Shown here: piece by piece, positions 50,401-62,247 of the stretch | Position numbering within the stretch: the stretch's first letter is position 1 | Layout of the letters: every line of letters begins with the position of its first letter | From: Lytechinus pictus | Lineage: Eukaryota | Length of the DNA: 64,000 nucleotides | Direction: 5' to 3' | NCBI RefSeq assembly: GCF_037042905.1 | Contig: NC_087260.1 | Coordinates: 21,638,001-21,702,000 of the forward strand | Program-made: the position numbers and the translations under genes | Notes under the pieces: model-generated | The model's input: the letters and a program-made list of their open reading frames with translations, nothing else | What the model was told of the DNA's origin: nothing | Database searches by the model: none

Positions 50401-50647
50401 ACAGTACCTTCAGAGAAACGGCCCCTTCAAAACTCTCACCCAGGACACTATCAAGATTGTTGTTTGCTAGGTTCACGAACGTCACTGAAGAAGGTATCCT
50501 TGGTATGCGATTGAGGTTCCTGCCATAGCAGTTTATCGATTCATTGGTCGTAGAGCACCCTCTGAATGAGGCCATGGTAACGTCCGTTACGAGCAGTCCT
50601 ACCAATGTCATTAAAACACTTGCAGATAGCTGAGGAGTCATATCCAT
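47435..50647 (-). CDS. Leucine-rich-repeat type I transmembrane receptor (~1070 aa, one coding exon, no TIR domain)
   Basis: Signal peptide, LRRNT (CSTTNESINCYGRNLNRIP), about 20 LxxLxLxxNxI repeats, LRRCT (NPIQCDCRVEWL), S/T-rich stalk, TM (FTISFLMVGLILVVVIL) and a ~350-aa low-complexity tail. First ATG at 50647 (the ORF track starts at a TTG). A splice acceptor lies 10 nt upstream. Confidence 0.9.
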   Translation of the reverse strand: MDMTPQLSASVLMTLVGLLVTDVTMASFRGCSTTNESINCYGRNLNRIPRIPSSVTFVNLANNNLDSVLGESFEGAVSLKVLSLDNNSIQYLQTAWGRDVGKLFRLSLNNNLLTAMHNATLLGLGDLTNILLCHNKIKTLFRGWCDGAGNISRIDLSENQISSIDPTSWCSFSRLEYLNLSNNKIKHLHSNWTEGMFNLEYLDLQNNNLKVLRYASFSFLTSLFDLRIRNNSIETIEIGWGRDLGKLATLQLSKNKLRSLQPSSFSGMTSLTRIDLQSANVRTIQQDSFNCLEGLEELSLQYNSIAIIHEGDFADLRSVATLSLQSNAIYHLEPRSFRGMYSLVDLYLNNNKIVTLMRDTFAGLRMLTHLYLQNNNIGYLSDCWNIDLGNVVFIDMGRNNLTSIDTELSNCSHSTPAGIDTTRTLTSLEILYLSRTRIGSLLYEGIFQGLVELRSLILSFCDLHSIEEIFFEGLQSIKYIDISNNYIVRLDSFAFRSVPSLIGINARSNEITSLGSFTFSGRRLLFVDLRKNALQTLSRDVLPNRIGEFELRLSQNPIQCDCRVEWLHKLITNNRIRMVDISFLSTLDLVLPQGRSDVTNIKCVNFKTRRLASIPLTFLPCDPSWKLKSNVTTPLTSHFDVLPKTTSSRQLSLTELLTKGSMSTNAPTVPSSGDVNKGTGEFPKGDNDAINVKGSSPFISNFTISFLMVGLILVVVILNGVKLSPCGRNCRKISIKARSVIYQDINNSLVTEPVIGPHEDPEDDNRIQINRNPPVLGHIRLSQRDIRPDHPPPPIPPRPEDLVQALSQKHFSDPDILQADDNVVLSEMVVKHTYLCRGKGHVVGNQRKDCLVTADDQEAGSRACETLTKPRIRHIYHRNLVPAAEKCPERKGIQINANNRVVTEALIHAEAPGSSFARSETTRYSQELSEVFAAVTHQVLAKRHNFFDPHRSSCEASNESSLRADDFERDCESHENSYDDGDSSDMSLYNANHDELHRQTIDPLPTNSSEVDWSIPTIEIDNDIDTDYGEGIFQLDGEESSNGCSFGMVDKISELELGNTDEIMFRETPV

Positions 50648-52720
50648 TGTAGCCAAGCTGTGGTTGAAGGAAAAAGCAAAAATCTGCGGACGAATGACAA
50701 GAATTTAAATGAAAATTCTACAGCGTTACGTTACTGTCTGTGCCATGCTTCTGTAAATTACTACATACAGACAATGATGTATTTCAGATGTGGGTTATGA
50801 CTACTAGTAGTTGTACGTTTATTTTCAGGAAATATTATACTTGAAATGTTTGCATATCACTTCATAGTTCAGGAAGATTCAAACTTTATCATGACTGATA
50901 TCCATAACCATTGGTGGTTAATTCAGACGTTATCATCCCTTGCGATATATAACACGTTTTACGCTAATCGTCGCTAATAGAATAAATAAGTTTAGGTATT
51001 ATGCGATAATGATTGACCTACATCAGGCGTAATATCACTACTCAACGTAAGGCAACATATAGGCTTTTCAAACGCTACATTTTATTAGAATATTAAACTT
51101 ACAAGAGGTTGTATATCTGATGTGCTGTTATCTTCAAACCCAAATCCAGTAAATAAGAACATCACCTCCTTTGAATGATATCAAAGCTAAAACTAAGAAA
51201 TCGGCCTATACGACCTTTCAAAAAGATATGGATTTGTATTTGAGAAGGATCGAAAGAGAAATTTGAAGAACGCAGAAAGGATGTGGTATACATATATAAC
51301 ACTACACGCTATGGTTTTTCCAAACCCATGTCACACTGCAAATCTCTTACATCTCAATCTCAGCCGCCGTTGTAAGTTTTATATTATGGATTGTCATAAA
51401 GTTCAAGCTTCTTGTCTACATTTTTCTCAAGGTTTCAGGAGGATGTTATTTTCTGATTTCAAAAACAGGCGGAAATGATTTGATGATATCGAAAATTATC
51501 TCTTTTTTTTTCATTTTAAACATAATGTGATGTTATCAAAATATATAGTTACGCAATTGGTGGTTTATCAAACGAAAGAGTACAGTTTTAAATTGTTGGA
51601 TGACATCACCGTTTACGTGTTTATTCTTCATTTCATGCCGAAAACAGAGATATTGTAGGGAGAGTGGGGAGCCATTTTAATATTGCAATGTGACTGAAGC
51701 CCAACGTGTTAGAACGGGCAAGTGCACTATCACGATAAGTTGGCATAAATATATGCGTGTCCTTTTCATATCCATTGATCGAAAGTAAAATTGCACTTTC
51801 AATAGTACTTGAGATTTTTCCAGATGAAAATACGTGCAACGTGTCCTTAACCAATGAATGTTAAAAATTAATATAGAAAGAGGAATGTAATAGTCCAAAT
51901 CCATTTTTTTTTTTACATTAATCCATCTTTGTTATGATATTTTTTTATTTACCAATCCCATTCCAGTATGAAACTCTTCATATATTGCTTTTTACTTTAT
52001 ATCAAGCATGTTGACACAAAACAAATTTATTGCTTTGATAGTAACCGGCAATTAAATATTAGTTTATTTCTGGATGACAATACAAGGGGTAATTTCGAAC
52101 TCCCCATATGCCTCAAGTGATTCTAAAGGAAAATATGAACTTGAGAAGAAGAGTTTTCAAATTACAGGTCTATGACAAATAATTATAAATCTAACTATTT
52201 CCTTAAGATATACTGCGAATTCGTTAGATCTTCTTGCGCCTCTCCCATCCCCCCATCAAAGTACCACGGCGCCGCCGTTAGTTTCTATTCGTTATATTCT
52301 CTTTGATTTATCTCTTTAATCTTGAAGCAATTAACCTGTGTTTGTTCTCCCATTGAGCTACTATAGACGTATTTCCTTTTGCTTTCGATATTACGAGAAT
52401 GCTCTTAGATTGATGATCTATGAAAAAAAACTATAGAACTTGATGGCTATCGAATGAAAACTTTAATTAGACGCTGTCTTTTCATTATCTCCAATTGATC
52501 GGGGTTTTAATTTATTAATTTGAAAGTTTTAATAAATACACATGTATTCGTACTACCATCATGCTAGTCTCATAAAATAAACAATTTTATTCTCTGCCGA
52601 TTTTCACCTCTTCTGACGTGTTCTCTTCCATGTTTGCATCTGCCATGTTTACCGCGGTCATTTTTACCTGGTATACCTTACCCCCATCCAAGCCCTCTGC
52701 TAATCCCAGGATAATGTGAG

Positions 52721-53364
52721 TTACAATCTTGTGGAAATTTCTTTCCCTGTAACGTCATCGGCCCCTTTCGAATTGTAGTCTTCTCTAATAATGACGTCGG
52801 AAAGTGTAGATGGTCGTCCTACGCCGTTTGTTTTCCTGGTTTGAGTTTGGTCAACTTCCTTGGATTTCTTCCACCTGCTGCGGGAAGGTGAACAGGAAAG
52901 AACACACCAGATAGACTGATAAAACTTCTCGTGCGAGAGAGCATACAGGAACGGATTGATGAGACTGTTTAGATGATACAGGCCTTGCGCGACGTGGAAC
53001 TCGATGATGATGACGGACGGCTTCACAAGAGATCCTCCGAAAGAGATCCACATGAAAAAAGCGATGACGAATCCTTGTATGAGCGCGAACAGGGCAACCA
53101 CAAGCACGGATGCGCGTAGCACGGCGTGCTTTTGTCTCACGCGTCTCCTGCGTGTCGAGTCAGATGTGTGTTCTTGAGAAATCCTCTCCTTCCAAATAGT
53201 ATATATTATTCCTGTGTAGCAACCGAAGATGATGATTATGGGGATGGCGTAGATTAAGACAGCTCCAAAAGCGATTAGATATTCAGAATTAGGCTCCTTC
53301 CACACTTCAAGTACGTTGCCTTCAAATTGAGATCCGAAGTATATTCCTCCAAAACAAAACGAAA
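52721..53364 (-). CDS. GPCR copy A terminal exon (TM4-TM7 and C-tail); spliced protein ~385 aa
   Basis: YAIPIIIIFGCY, NSLINPFLY, C-terminal EISTRL. Confidence 0.92.
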
Positions 53365-54054
53365 CTGAAAAAAATATATATAACAATTTATATAATTATG
53401 TAGATATAGAGAATGGTTATTATAGAAAGTGTCCACAAAATTCAGTTTAGAAGCTTAAATCGGCGTATACGCAAATTCCCATACCATTATCAGCAGAGTT
53501 TATGAACGTTACAGAATTTGTTTTCACTTCTCAACTCTCTCGACATACAGTATATATCTCATTCTCTCCCCCCCCCACCCCCTCTCTCTCCCTCTTAACA
53601 TTTTCTTTATTTTGTGAATTATGTGTTTCATATAATATATAATAATGCAGAGCACCGTTGAAGGCCAGTGATTTTTAATGAACATTTTCATTGTATATAT
53701 TGTGTAATTTGACATATTTTTTGTATAAAGCTGAACAGGCTACTCTGGATAAAGATTTACAATATATAGATAATAAAATAAATAAATAAACGTTCAAAAT
53801 TGTCTAAAAATGGTTCTCAAATAATTTCTAAACTGGAAACGATAACATGAAGATGAATAAACGAAATGGTTGACAGGTATGGATTCAATAAAGATCTCTA
53901 CAGAGCTCTTTGCAGGTAGACGTCAAAATATTAGAAGCATTGGTTGATTTTGGGGAAACCTTCAATACGACATGTATATTATCTGATTTTTGTGATTTAT
54001 AAACCAACCATGTAAATGTCAGGGCGGACTTCGCCTATAAGAAGTCTAACTTAC

Positions 54055-54190
54055 AAATCCAAACAGCCACGCAAACTCTTCTTGCCGTTCTCTTTGAACG
54101 ATACTTCTGGGATCGCAAAGGATAGACGATAGCAAAGAATCGGTCAACGCTGAGGGCGATCATCATCGCTACGGTTGCCATGGACGTCAC
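54055..54190 (-). CDS. GPCR copy A exon 2 (TM3-TM4)
   Basis: VTSMATVAMMIALSVDRFFAIVYPLRSQKYRSKRTARRVCVAVWI, containing a DRF motif. Confidence 0.92.
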
Positions 54191-55169
54191 CTTAAAAAAA
54201 GGAAAGAAAAAGGAGAAATTAGACGATTAAAGTCGGTTAGAGAGTAATCGACCCACACTTTGACAAATGGCTACAAATATACAAACGTGTACATTGTTCA
54301 TTAGGCCTCTAGGAAGATAGTCTCGTTATTATCAGTGGTGCTGAATAGAGAGATATATCATGGTTATGAATTATAATACTCTAACATTCTTATTCGTGAT
54401 TCTTCGTTCTTAAAATGTAGTGTACATTGTTTGATTTTCACACGGTAAATTAAATTAAACCAAACCAAAGTCATAGAACCAATTAATCCCGAAGAATGAT
54501 AAGGTTCATATGTATTCGCCCGTATTATCTCTAAGTGTGAAGGACACAGGTCTACCCTGAAGAAGAAGTATTCTTCATAAACAGCCCAAATTGCGATCAT
54601 GGCAAAAACAGTGTCATATATTCATAAATGTGATGTAGTTCAGGGGTTCTTTGTCACAAAGAGTTGTGGTGACTACCAATCAACCAATCAAAATCAAACT
54701 TTTAATGTTATAAGATAGAATGGGTTCGCCGTGAGTGCCTGATGGGTAAGAATCTGGAGAAATTTTAACATGTTTAATCTCTCGCTCTCTACTTCTCTCA
54801 CTTGTATTTATTTATTACTTTTCTATCCATTTATCTGATGCTATTTTCAATTGGTCATTTTTGCCCTGTATTTTACAATATATAATAATGTTGTTTATCT
54901 AGGAGGCTCCCATCTACAAATCCAGCTTTTTCGCAGCTGCTGCCAATATCAAATCGACACCATAGCTCTTTGTCTATCTGTCTATCTGAATTGAATTTAT
55001 TAGAACGTCACTGGCAATTGCCAATATTTTGTTCAAAACAATATCTGTCTATATTGTCTATGTCTACTTTTAGAATACTGATTCCTTTCTTTCTTTATTC
55101 AATTACGAAATTTAAATACGAAATAAATTTAAGAAACAGGCCCCTGGTGCCTTAACTGGTGCTGAAAAT

Positions 55170-55410
55170 NNNNNNNNNNNNNNNNNNNNNNNNNNNNNNN
55201 NNNNNNNNNNNNNNNNNNNNNNNNNNNNNNNNNNNNNNNNNNNNNNNNNNNNNNNNNNNNNNNNNNNNNNNNNNNNNNNNNNNNNNNNNNNNNNNNNNNN
55301 NNNNNNNNNNNNNNNNNNNNNNNNNNNNNNNNNNNNNNNNNNNNNNNNNNNNNNNNNNNNNNNNNNNNNNNNNNNNNNNNNNNNNNNNNNNNNNNNNNNN
55401 NNNNNNNNNN
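55170..55410. other. Assembly gap
   Basis: Run of N. Confidence 1.
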
Positions 55411-55473
55411 TGTTGATTATGGTGACGACAACGATAAGGACAATGTTGGTCAGATTTTCTTATTTGATCTTAC

Positions 55474-55851
55474 CATCTCCATGTAATATACAAATTTCTG
55501 TGGGTTGTAAAATTCCTCCGGTTGGAAAGCCCCGACATAATACTCGTAGCAATTAAACCCTGCTACAAACAGTAGCACCAACACATCACTGACTGCAAGA
55601 TTCGCAAGGTACATGCTGGGAATCGTCCACATTTCTTTAGTCGCAAGAATGATACCGATTACGAGAACATTGGCGATGACCCCGAAGATAATGTTGAACA
55701 ACGTGACGAAGAACATGATGAGGGAAAGGAGAATGGTCAGTTCGCATTCATCTTCAAGGAAAACGAAGGTGCATGAATGGTTGACTACAGTGTCTGTTGT
55801 GTAAGACTCGTTTAACCCGACAGTAGTTGCCATTCTTGAAGTTACATTCAT
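55474..55851 (-). CDS. Orphan class A (rhodopsin-like) GPCR, copy A, coding exon 1 (N-terminus, TM1-TM2)
   Basis: N-glycosylation sequons, GVIANVLV, YLANLAVSD. GTAAGA donor, phase 0. Confidence 0.92.
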
Positions 55852-56683
55852 TGTCAATGTGCAATGAGCCTACGTTTGTCCAATCCTGTAGGAAGATGAA
55901 ATATTTAACTCATATCATAAATAACGATGTCAGTAATCTTGAAATGATTGATGTTTCAATATCATTTAAAATCTAAAAGCTTTGTTGATTTAATTTCAAA
56001 AAATATTTAGGTACTACCGTAACGAATGTAGGTCATATACATTTATTGAATTATGTTATAGGTACGATAGAAAAAGAACTAGTGCTGAATTTGATATGCT
56101 GCATTGAAATTCTGTACAGTCGTTATAAATGTTTGTTAAAAATGAGGTCACTAACATCCCGACATATCAAGTAGGCAAAGTCGTCACACGAATGTTACCA
56201 AAGGTGTTACATAGGCCTATGCAATTTTAGCATTCATCAAAATATAAGTTTTAACCATTGTGTTCGATAATGTAACATAGAAAAGCATTTGTTTTCTGCT
56301 CTTTAAGTGGCAAATGTAGACAGCTACCTTAACACCAAAGGATGTGGGTGCTGCAATGGCACGTACTGTAATCCGGAACCTTGTGTTCAGTTGGCATTGA
56401 TTGTATTTATTTTTTATTAGTTTTTTATTCGTTTAAAAAACAGGGAAACCCATTCAACAACGTGTTGGTCTCCCATGGGGCCCTGTGTACATGGCATAAC
56501 AACAATTATAACAATTCATTTATAAACAGTATCATAATAAGAGAGGCATAGATGAATTGGTAAGAACATGTGAAGAAATTGTTGTCATGGTAACGGTGTT
56601 CTATTCTCGTTACACTAAGTTACGAAATGAGACCTGGGTCTCCACGAATATCGTAAAATGAAATTAGATCAATAAAAACTCAC

Positions 56684-56850
56684 CTGAAAATTCAGAAGCC
56701 TGAATGCGTTTGTCTATACCCCGAAATCGACCAAAATTTTTGTGTTAAACCATCATTATATCTCTGGTTCAGCAATGTTTTCCGCAGAATATGGATAACG
56801 ATACAGCAACAATATCACACTCCACTATCAAAAGAGTAACCTGGACATGA
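56684..56850 (-). other. Probable non-coding 5' exon of GPCR copy A (paralogous donor at 63286 for copy B); 5' limit approximate
   Basis: A TTCAG|GTGAGT donor is conserved in both duplicates upstream of the acceptor at 55885 (copy A) and its paralog in copy B. Confidence 0.5.
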
Positions 56851-58689
56851 TAGACGTCATTATGCGAATCACTCCCAAACCCCGATCGCAGTCCATTAGC
56901 CATTAACCTCTAAATCTCATAATATTGGACGGGGGAATGAAAAGTCTAAACAGACACTGATCTCGTTTTTATTACAAAAAACGTAATTACACTTCACAGC
57001 TTATTATGTGGTCTGATCGGTACCGTTGTATTGTCGTGACATTTCTGTAGATTTTCCTCGACTGAACATTAAGCGGTGGTTGTCAAATGGAGAAAATTGT
57101 GAGGGGAGATTTTCTTTGACAATCCTAATATTAAAGTTCCATTGACAATATGGAGGCCATGTCTTTTAATTTGGTAAAGCAGATTTCAAATTCTGCCTTA
57201 TTTGCTCATGCAAATGTATCGATTTACATACAAAGTTGATTGTGTAGAGTGGCCTTTTGATTTCTGCTATTAATCGTTTATGATTCCTTGTGCCATTTTC
57301 AGGGTTTCAAGGGAAAATTACTCACAAAAACCTAGATTTAATTATCTGACAAAAAATACCTTTAAAAAAAGATTACCACTCCAGATTTGTATAGAAATGT
57401 TCAGCTCTTCTAAGGATCACCTTTTATTAGACTGGTATCATGTATTTCATCATGGATGTTCTTTATCTTATCTGGTGCAAAATTAGACAACACAAAGAGT
57501 TAAGCCTTGTCATCTGCAATTATTGTAAATGGAAAATCTTAATTAAAATATATGAGCTCAAGTTAATATAGACTATTTAATTGTGATGGTGTTTTTTGGT
57601 TAGGGGGTCCGACCTGCTGTAAATAGACCAATGCATGTCTACTTTTACTTTATATGCGCATTTCATTTTCATTGATGATATCTATCGAAAAAGGGAAACC
57701 CAACTTCAATGCCTTTTTATTAGAAAAATATGAAATATGTGGCAACAAAAATGAAATCCGCTTTGAAGATAAGTAGAACTTAAACGAGTAAGAATAACTA
57801 ATTTCAAGTAAGCTTGACAGGGAAAATTTATAGCCCTAAGTTCATTCTTATCGGGCACACACACCTACTCATTCCTCGATTCAATATGTAGTGAAATTGA
57901 AGCACCTGCTATTTTACAATATTTTTTAGAACAGTGGTTTCAGTGGTGCTTGGTGATTAAAACCTTTTGGGGGTATCTTTGGAATGGTAATGAGTCATAA
58001 TTTCAAGCGATAATTTTCATTGTCATTCATTTGATGATTTTCCTACAGGTAATCATGAAAGATTATTTCTTATTGGCATACCGTGTGTACATAAAACCAA
58101 CCAAAATCATGCAGTTTCCCACCTCCACTCGCATATGAAATAGCGGTCATCCAAGTATAACTTCAAAAGACATGAAAGAGCAACGTTTCAGAGCTATTGC
58201 AACAAGTAGAAAGTACAAAGTGAGCTGCTGTTTTCACATTGATCATGTCATCAGAATATTAAATTTCATGTTCTTTACTGATACAAAAATGATTGTTAAC
58301 TTTTATTGATTTTTTTAATTCTGTAAATACAAGTTTTATAGCGAAAGTCCATGAAGTCTGACTGTGACAACCTGTTGAGGTATACATACGATTCCCGAAT
58401 ACACATTGCCTACATTCCAGATATGGGCATGGAGGGCTATAATGGAAGTATTCTGGAAAACTCATCTATTTGTAGATTCCAATTACCTAAAAAAAAAATA
58501 TATATAGACATATGAACATAAGATAGAACAACCATGATAAAGAATAAAACAAACTTGTCGGCCTACATCAAACCGAATGCCTAAACGTATCCTATCTACA
58601 GTAAGCTAATGGCTTTGAAATCTTCAATTCGCCACTTCTGTTATTTATACCGTCAATCTAGCCTAATTATAGTCCAAAGAAAAGTTCCG

Positions 58690-59345
58690 TTACAATCTAG
58701 TGGAGATTTCTGCCCTGGTGACGTCATGAGGGTGATTATAGACCCCTTGCGACTTCAAGTCCTCTGATAAAATTACTTGAGAAAGTGTAGTTGGTCGTCC
58801 TTCATCGTTTGTTTTCCTGGTATGAGCTTGATGAATTTCCTTGGATTTCTTCCACTTGATGCGGGAAGGTGAACAGGAAAGAACACGCCTGATAGACTGA
58901 TAAAACTTCTCGTGCGAGAGAGCATACAGGAACGGATTGATGAGACTGTTAAGATGATACAGGCCTTGCGCGACGTGGAACTCGATGATGATGACGGATG
59001 GCTCCACGAGAGATCCTCCAAAAGAGATCCACACGAACGAAGCGATGAAGAATCCTTGTATGAGCGCGAACAGGGCAACCACAAGCACGGATGCGCGTAG
59101 CACGGCGTGCTTTTGTCTCACGCGTCTATTGCGTGTCGAGTCAGATGTGTGTTCTTGAGAAATCCTTTCCTTCCATATAGTATATATTATTCCTGTGTAG
59201 CAACCGAAGATGATGATTAGGGGGATTGCGTATGTTAAGAGAGCTCCAAAAGGGATCAGATATTCAGAGTTATGTTCCTTCCACGCTTCAAGAACGTTGC
59301 CTCCAAATTGAGATCCGAAGTATATTCCTCCGAAACAAAACGAAT
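58690..59345 (-). CDS. GPCR copy B terminal exon; spliced protein ~389 aa
   Basis: YAIPLIIIFGCY, NSLINPFLY, C-terminal EISTRL. Confidence 0.92.
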
Positions 59346-59778
59346 CTGCCAAAGAAAAAAAATAGAGAACAACTTATAGATAAATAGAGAAGTTATTTCA
59401 AAATGTGTCAATAAAATTCTGTATAGAAGCTTAAATGACACGAGGCGTACACGCAAATTCCCATACCATTATCAGCAGAGTAATATGAACGTTCAAAATT
59501 GTCTGAAAATTGTTCTCAAACAAATTCTAAACTGGAAGCGAGAACATGAAGATGAATAAACGAAATAGTTGACAGATATGGACTCAATCAATACCTCTAA
59601 ATAGCTACTCGCAGGTAACGTCAAAATATCAAGAGCTTTAAAAAAAATCGAGATTCCTTTTCTCTGGTTGATTTTGGGAAAACCTTCAATGACATGACTT
59701 TGTATATTATCTGATTTTATGAAACTATTCATGTAAACATGAGGAGGGCGGACTTCCCCTGTAACCGGCCTAACTTAC

Positions 59779-59914
59779 AAATCCAGACAGCCACGCAAAC
59801 TCTTCTTGTCGTTCTCTTTGAACGATACTTCTGGGACCGCAAAGGATAGACGATAGCAAAGAATCGGTCAACGCTGAGGGCGATCATCATCGCTACGGTT
59901 GCCATGGACGTCAC
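59779..59914 (-). CDS. GPCR copy B exon 2
   Basis: VTSMATVAMMIALSVDRFFAIVYPLRSQKYRSKRTTRRVCVAVWI; 136 nt, as in copy A. Confidence 0.92.
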
Positions 59915-62094
59915 CTTAAAAAGAAAAGAAAAGGGAGAAATTAGAAGTAGGTTAAATAGTAATCTACCCACAATATACAAACGTGTACATTATTCATTAG
60001 GCTTTTGGGAATAACAGACTGGCGCTGAATAGTGATCTACACATATCTTTCTAAGTAAATTTAAATTGTTATACTCGAGCATTTTTATTTGTGATTCTTC
60101 GTTCTTATGCATTTTAATTTGCATAATTAATCTCTAATAATGAAGTTCATAAGTATACATTATATTCCGGGATTATATTCTTCATAGCAACCCAAATTGC
60201 GATCATGGCAAAAACTGTCATCATAAATGTAATTTAGTTCAGGGGTTCTTTTTCACCGGAAAAATATTTTAAAAAACGGGAAAAAGAGAAAAGGGAGGGA
60301 GAAAGAAAGGGAAAGAGGAAGGAAAGGGGAAAAGGAAAGGAGGAAAAGGAAAGGGAAAAGTGAAAAGAAAACGAAGAAAATATATTTTCTTTTAATGAAA
60401 AAGAAGGAATTAAGCGGGGAAAAGGAACGAAATAAGAACATTTGAGAAAGAACAAATCATTCCGAAATAGGCCTATAAATGCAATAGCATAATGGGAAAT
60501 AAATCAAAAGATGACAAAGTGGCAAACAATAGCGGGAAACGAAGGTAGAATGGAATTAGTCAAAAGATAAATTGGAAAACAAAGAAATGGGACAAGAAAA
60601 AAAACTTAATAACACGACCGGGCTGCCGAGGATTGAAAGTTAAGAGCGGGAAGAAAGATGGACAGTATACAACATTGTGCTATAAGCTTGCTAAATTTTA
60701 TGCAAATAAGCTACCGGGGCTTTGCCCCAGACCCCACGCAGTAGGGGCTCTTCATCTATAACATTAAAATGGCTCTATTACGCCCCTCCCTGTAGGGACC
60801 CTTCCTACATTAAAATTTACGTTCAATCACTGGCATATAGGCGCGGGGGTCTTGGTTCCACACCCAAGAGGTGATAATTATCGGAGACAAAAATATAATG
60901 AAATTAATGGATACAATGAAATGTGCTATTTGCTGAATATAATGGAAAAATATATCACATAATTAGAATTTAATTTCAATAGGCACTTTTTTGCAGCTCG
61001 CTTTGCTCGCTGACGACTTGTTACAAATTTTCCCACATTGCTTTGTTTTGCCCCCTCAAAGTATTGGTTGATTACGCAACTGGGTTGAATAAATGTGTTG
61101 TGTAAAAGTTATATTCTGTACATACCCGCGATTTGATTAAAGATAGCGGCAATCTGCGAGGTTTAAATGGCTTTGATATCAAGACCCCAACCGCATTGCA
61201 CTCCCGTATATGAGTATGGAAGGGTTGGGCCATGGCCCCCAAAAATTTTACAACCAAGAGCAAAAAAAAAAGGAGGAAAGAAAGGCATAGGAAAAGTGAA
61301 GGATATGATTTTATTTATTGAATATAATGTCAAAAAATATCTCAAAGTTAAATTCTCATGAAATGGTGATTTTTTTTCTCGGTCGCTTCGCTCGCTCGGG
61401 ACTTATATTAAGCAGCTTTTTAGCACATGCGCCATACTTTGCACCTTGTTTTTTTGTACTCTTTACGCTACTGCCGCAAAGAATCCTGTTTACAGTGGGG
61501 GTACAGACCACAAAAAAAGGAATGGAAAGAGAGAAGAACGAAATATATTATTCTCTGGATATCATGTCAAAATCTATCACAAAATTTGATTTTTGTATTA
61601 AAAATGTCAAATTTTTTGCTCGCTCGCTTCGCTCGCTCGCAACTTTTTTTTAAAGATAAATTCTGCCCGATACGCAATATCTGGCCCTCTAAAAATCGTC
61701 GCCTCATTACACCATTACGCCTGTTCATACCATGGTATGACCGGGAAAATTTTTGCTCTTGCCCCCCCCCCCCCACCCCCCTGGCCATCGACCCCTGTTA
61801 CGCCGCTGACTTCTCTTACTTGTATTTATTGCTTTACTATCCATTTATCTGATGGTATTCTCCATCGATCATTTCAACGGATATTAATGTTTTCTATAGA
61901 ATGCTCCACTCTATAAATCCAGCTATTTCGCAACTGCTGCTATACCAAATTGACAATATAACACCTTTTACAGAAGTCAATAAATTAATATTATTTGTTA
62001 GAAATGGAAATAGGAAATTAAAAAAATTAAAGAAGTAGGCCTCTTGTGCCACACCGGTGCTGAAGGTTGGTATGTTAGAGGTTGTTGGTGATTG

Positions 62095-62158
<64 letters not shown>

Positions 62159-62168
62159 GGTGGTGGTA
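62095..62168. repeat. (GAT)n(GGT)n compound microsatellite
   Basis: Read directly from the sequence. Confidence 0.95.
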
Positions 62169-62247
62169 ATATTGATATTGTTGATGATGGTGATTATGAC
62201 GACAATGTTAAGGACAATGTTGGTCAGCTTTTCTTATTTGATCTTAC

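Noticed and set aside
49668-50514. Plus-strand ORFs of 193 and 83 aa
   Set aside because: Antisense shadows of the LRR coding sequence.
47435-50647. Toll-like receptor call
   Set aside because: No TIR box motifs are visible in the cytoplasmic region.
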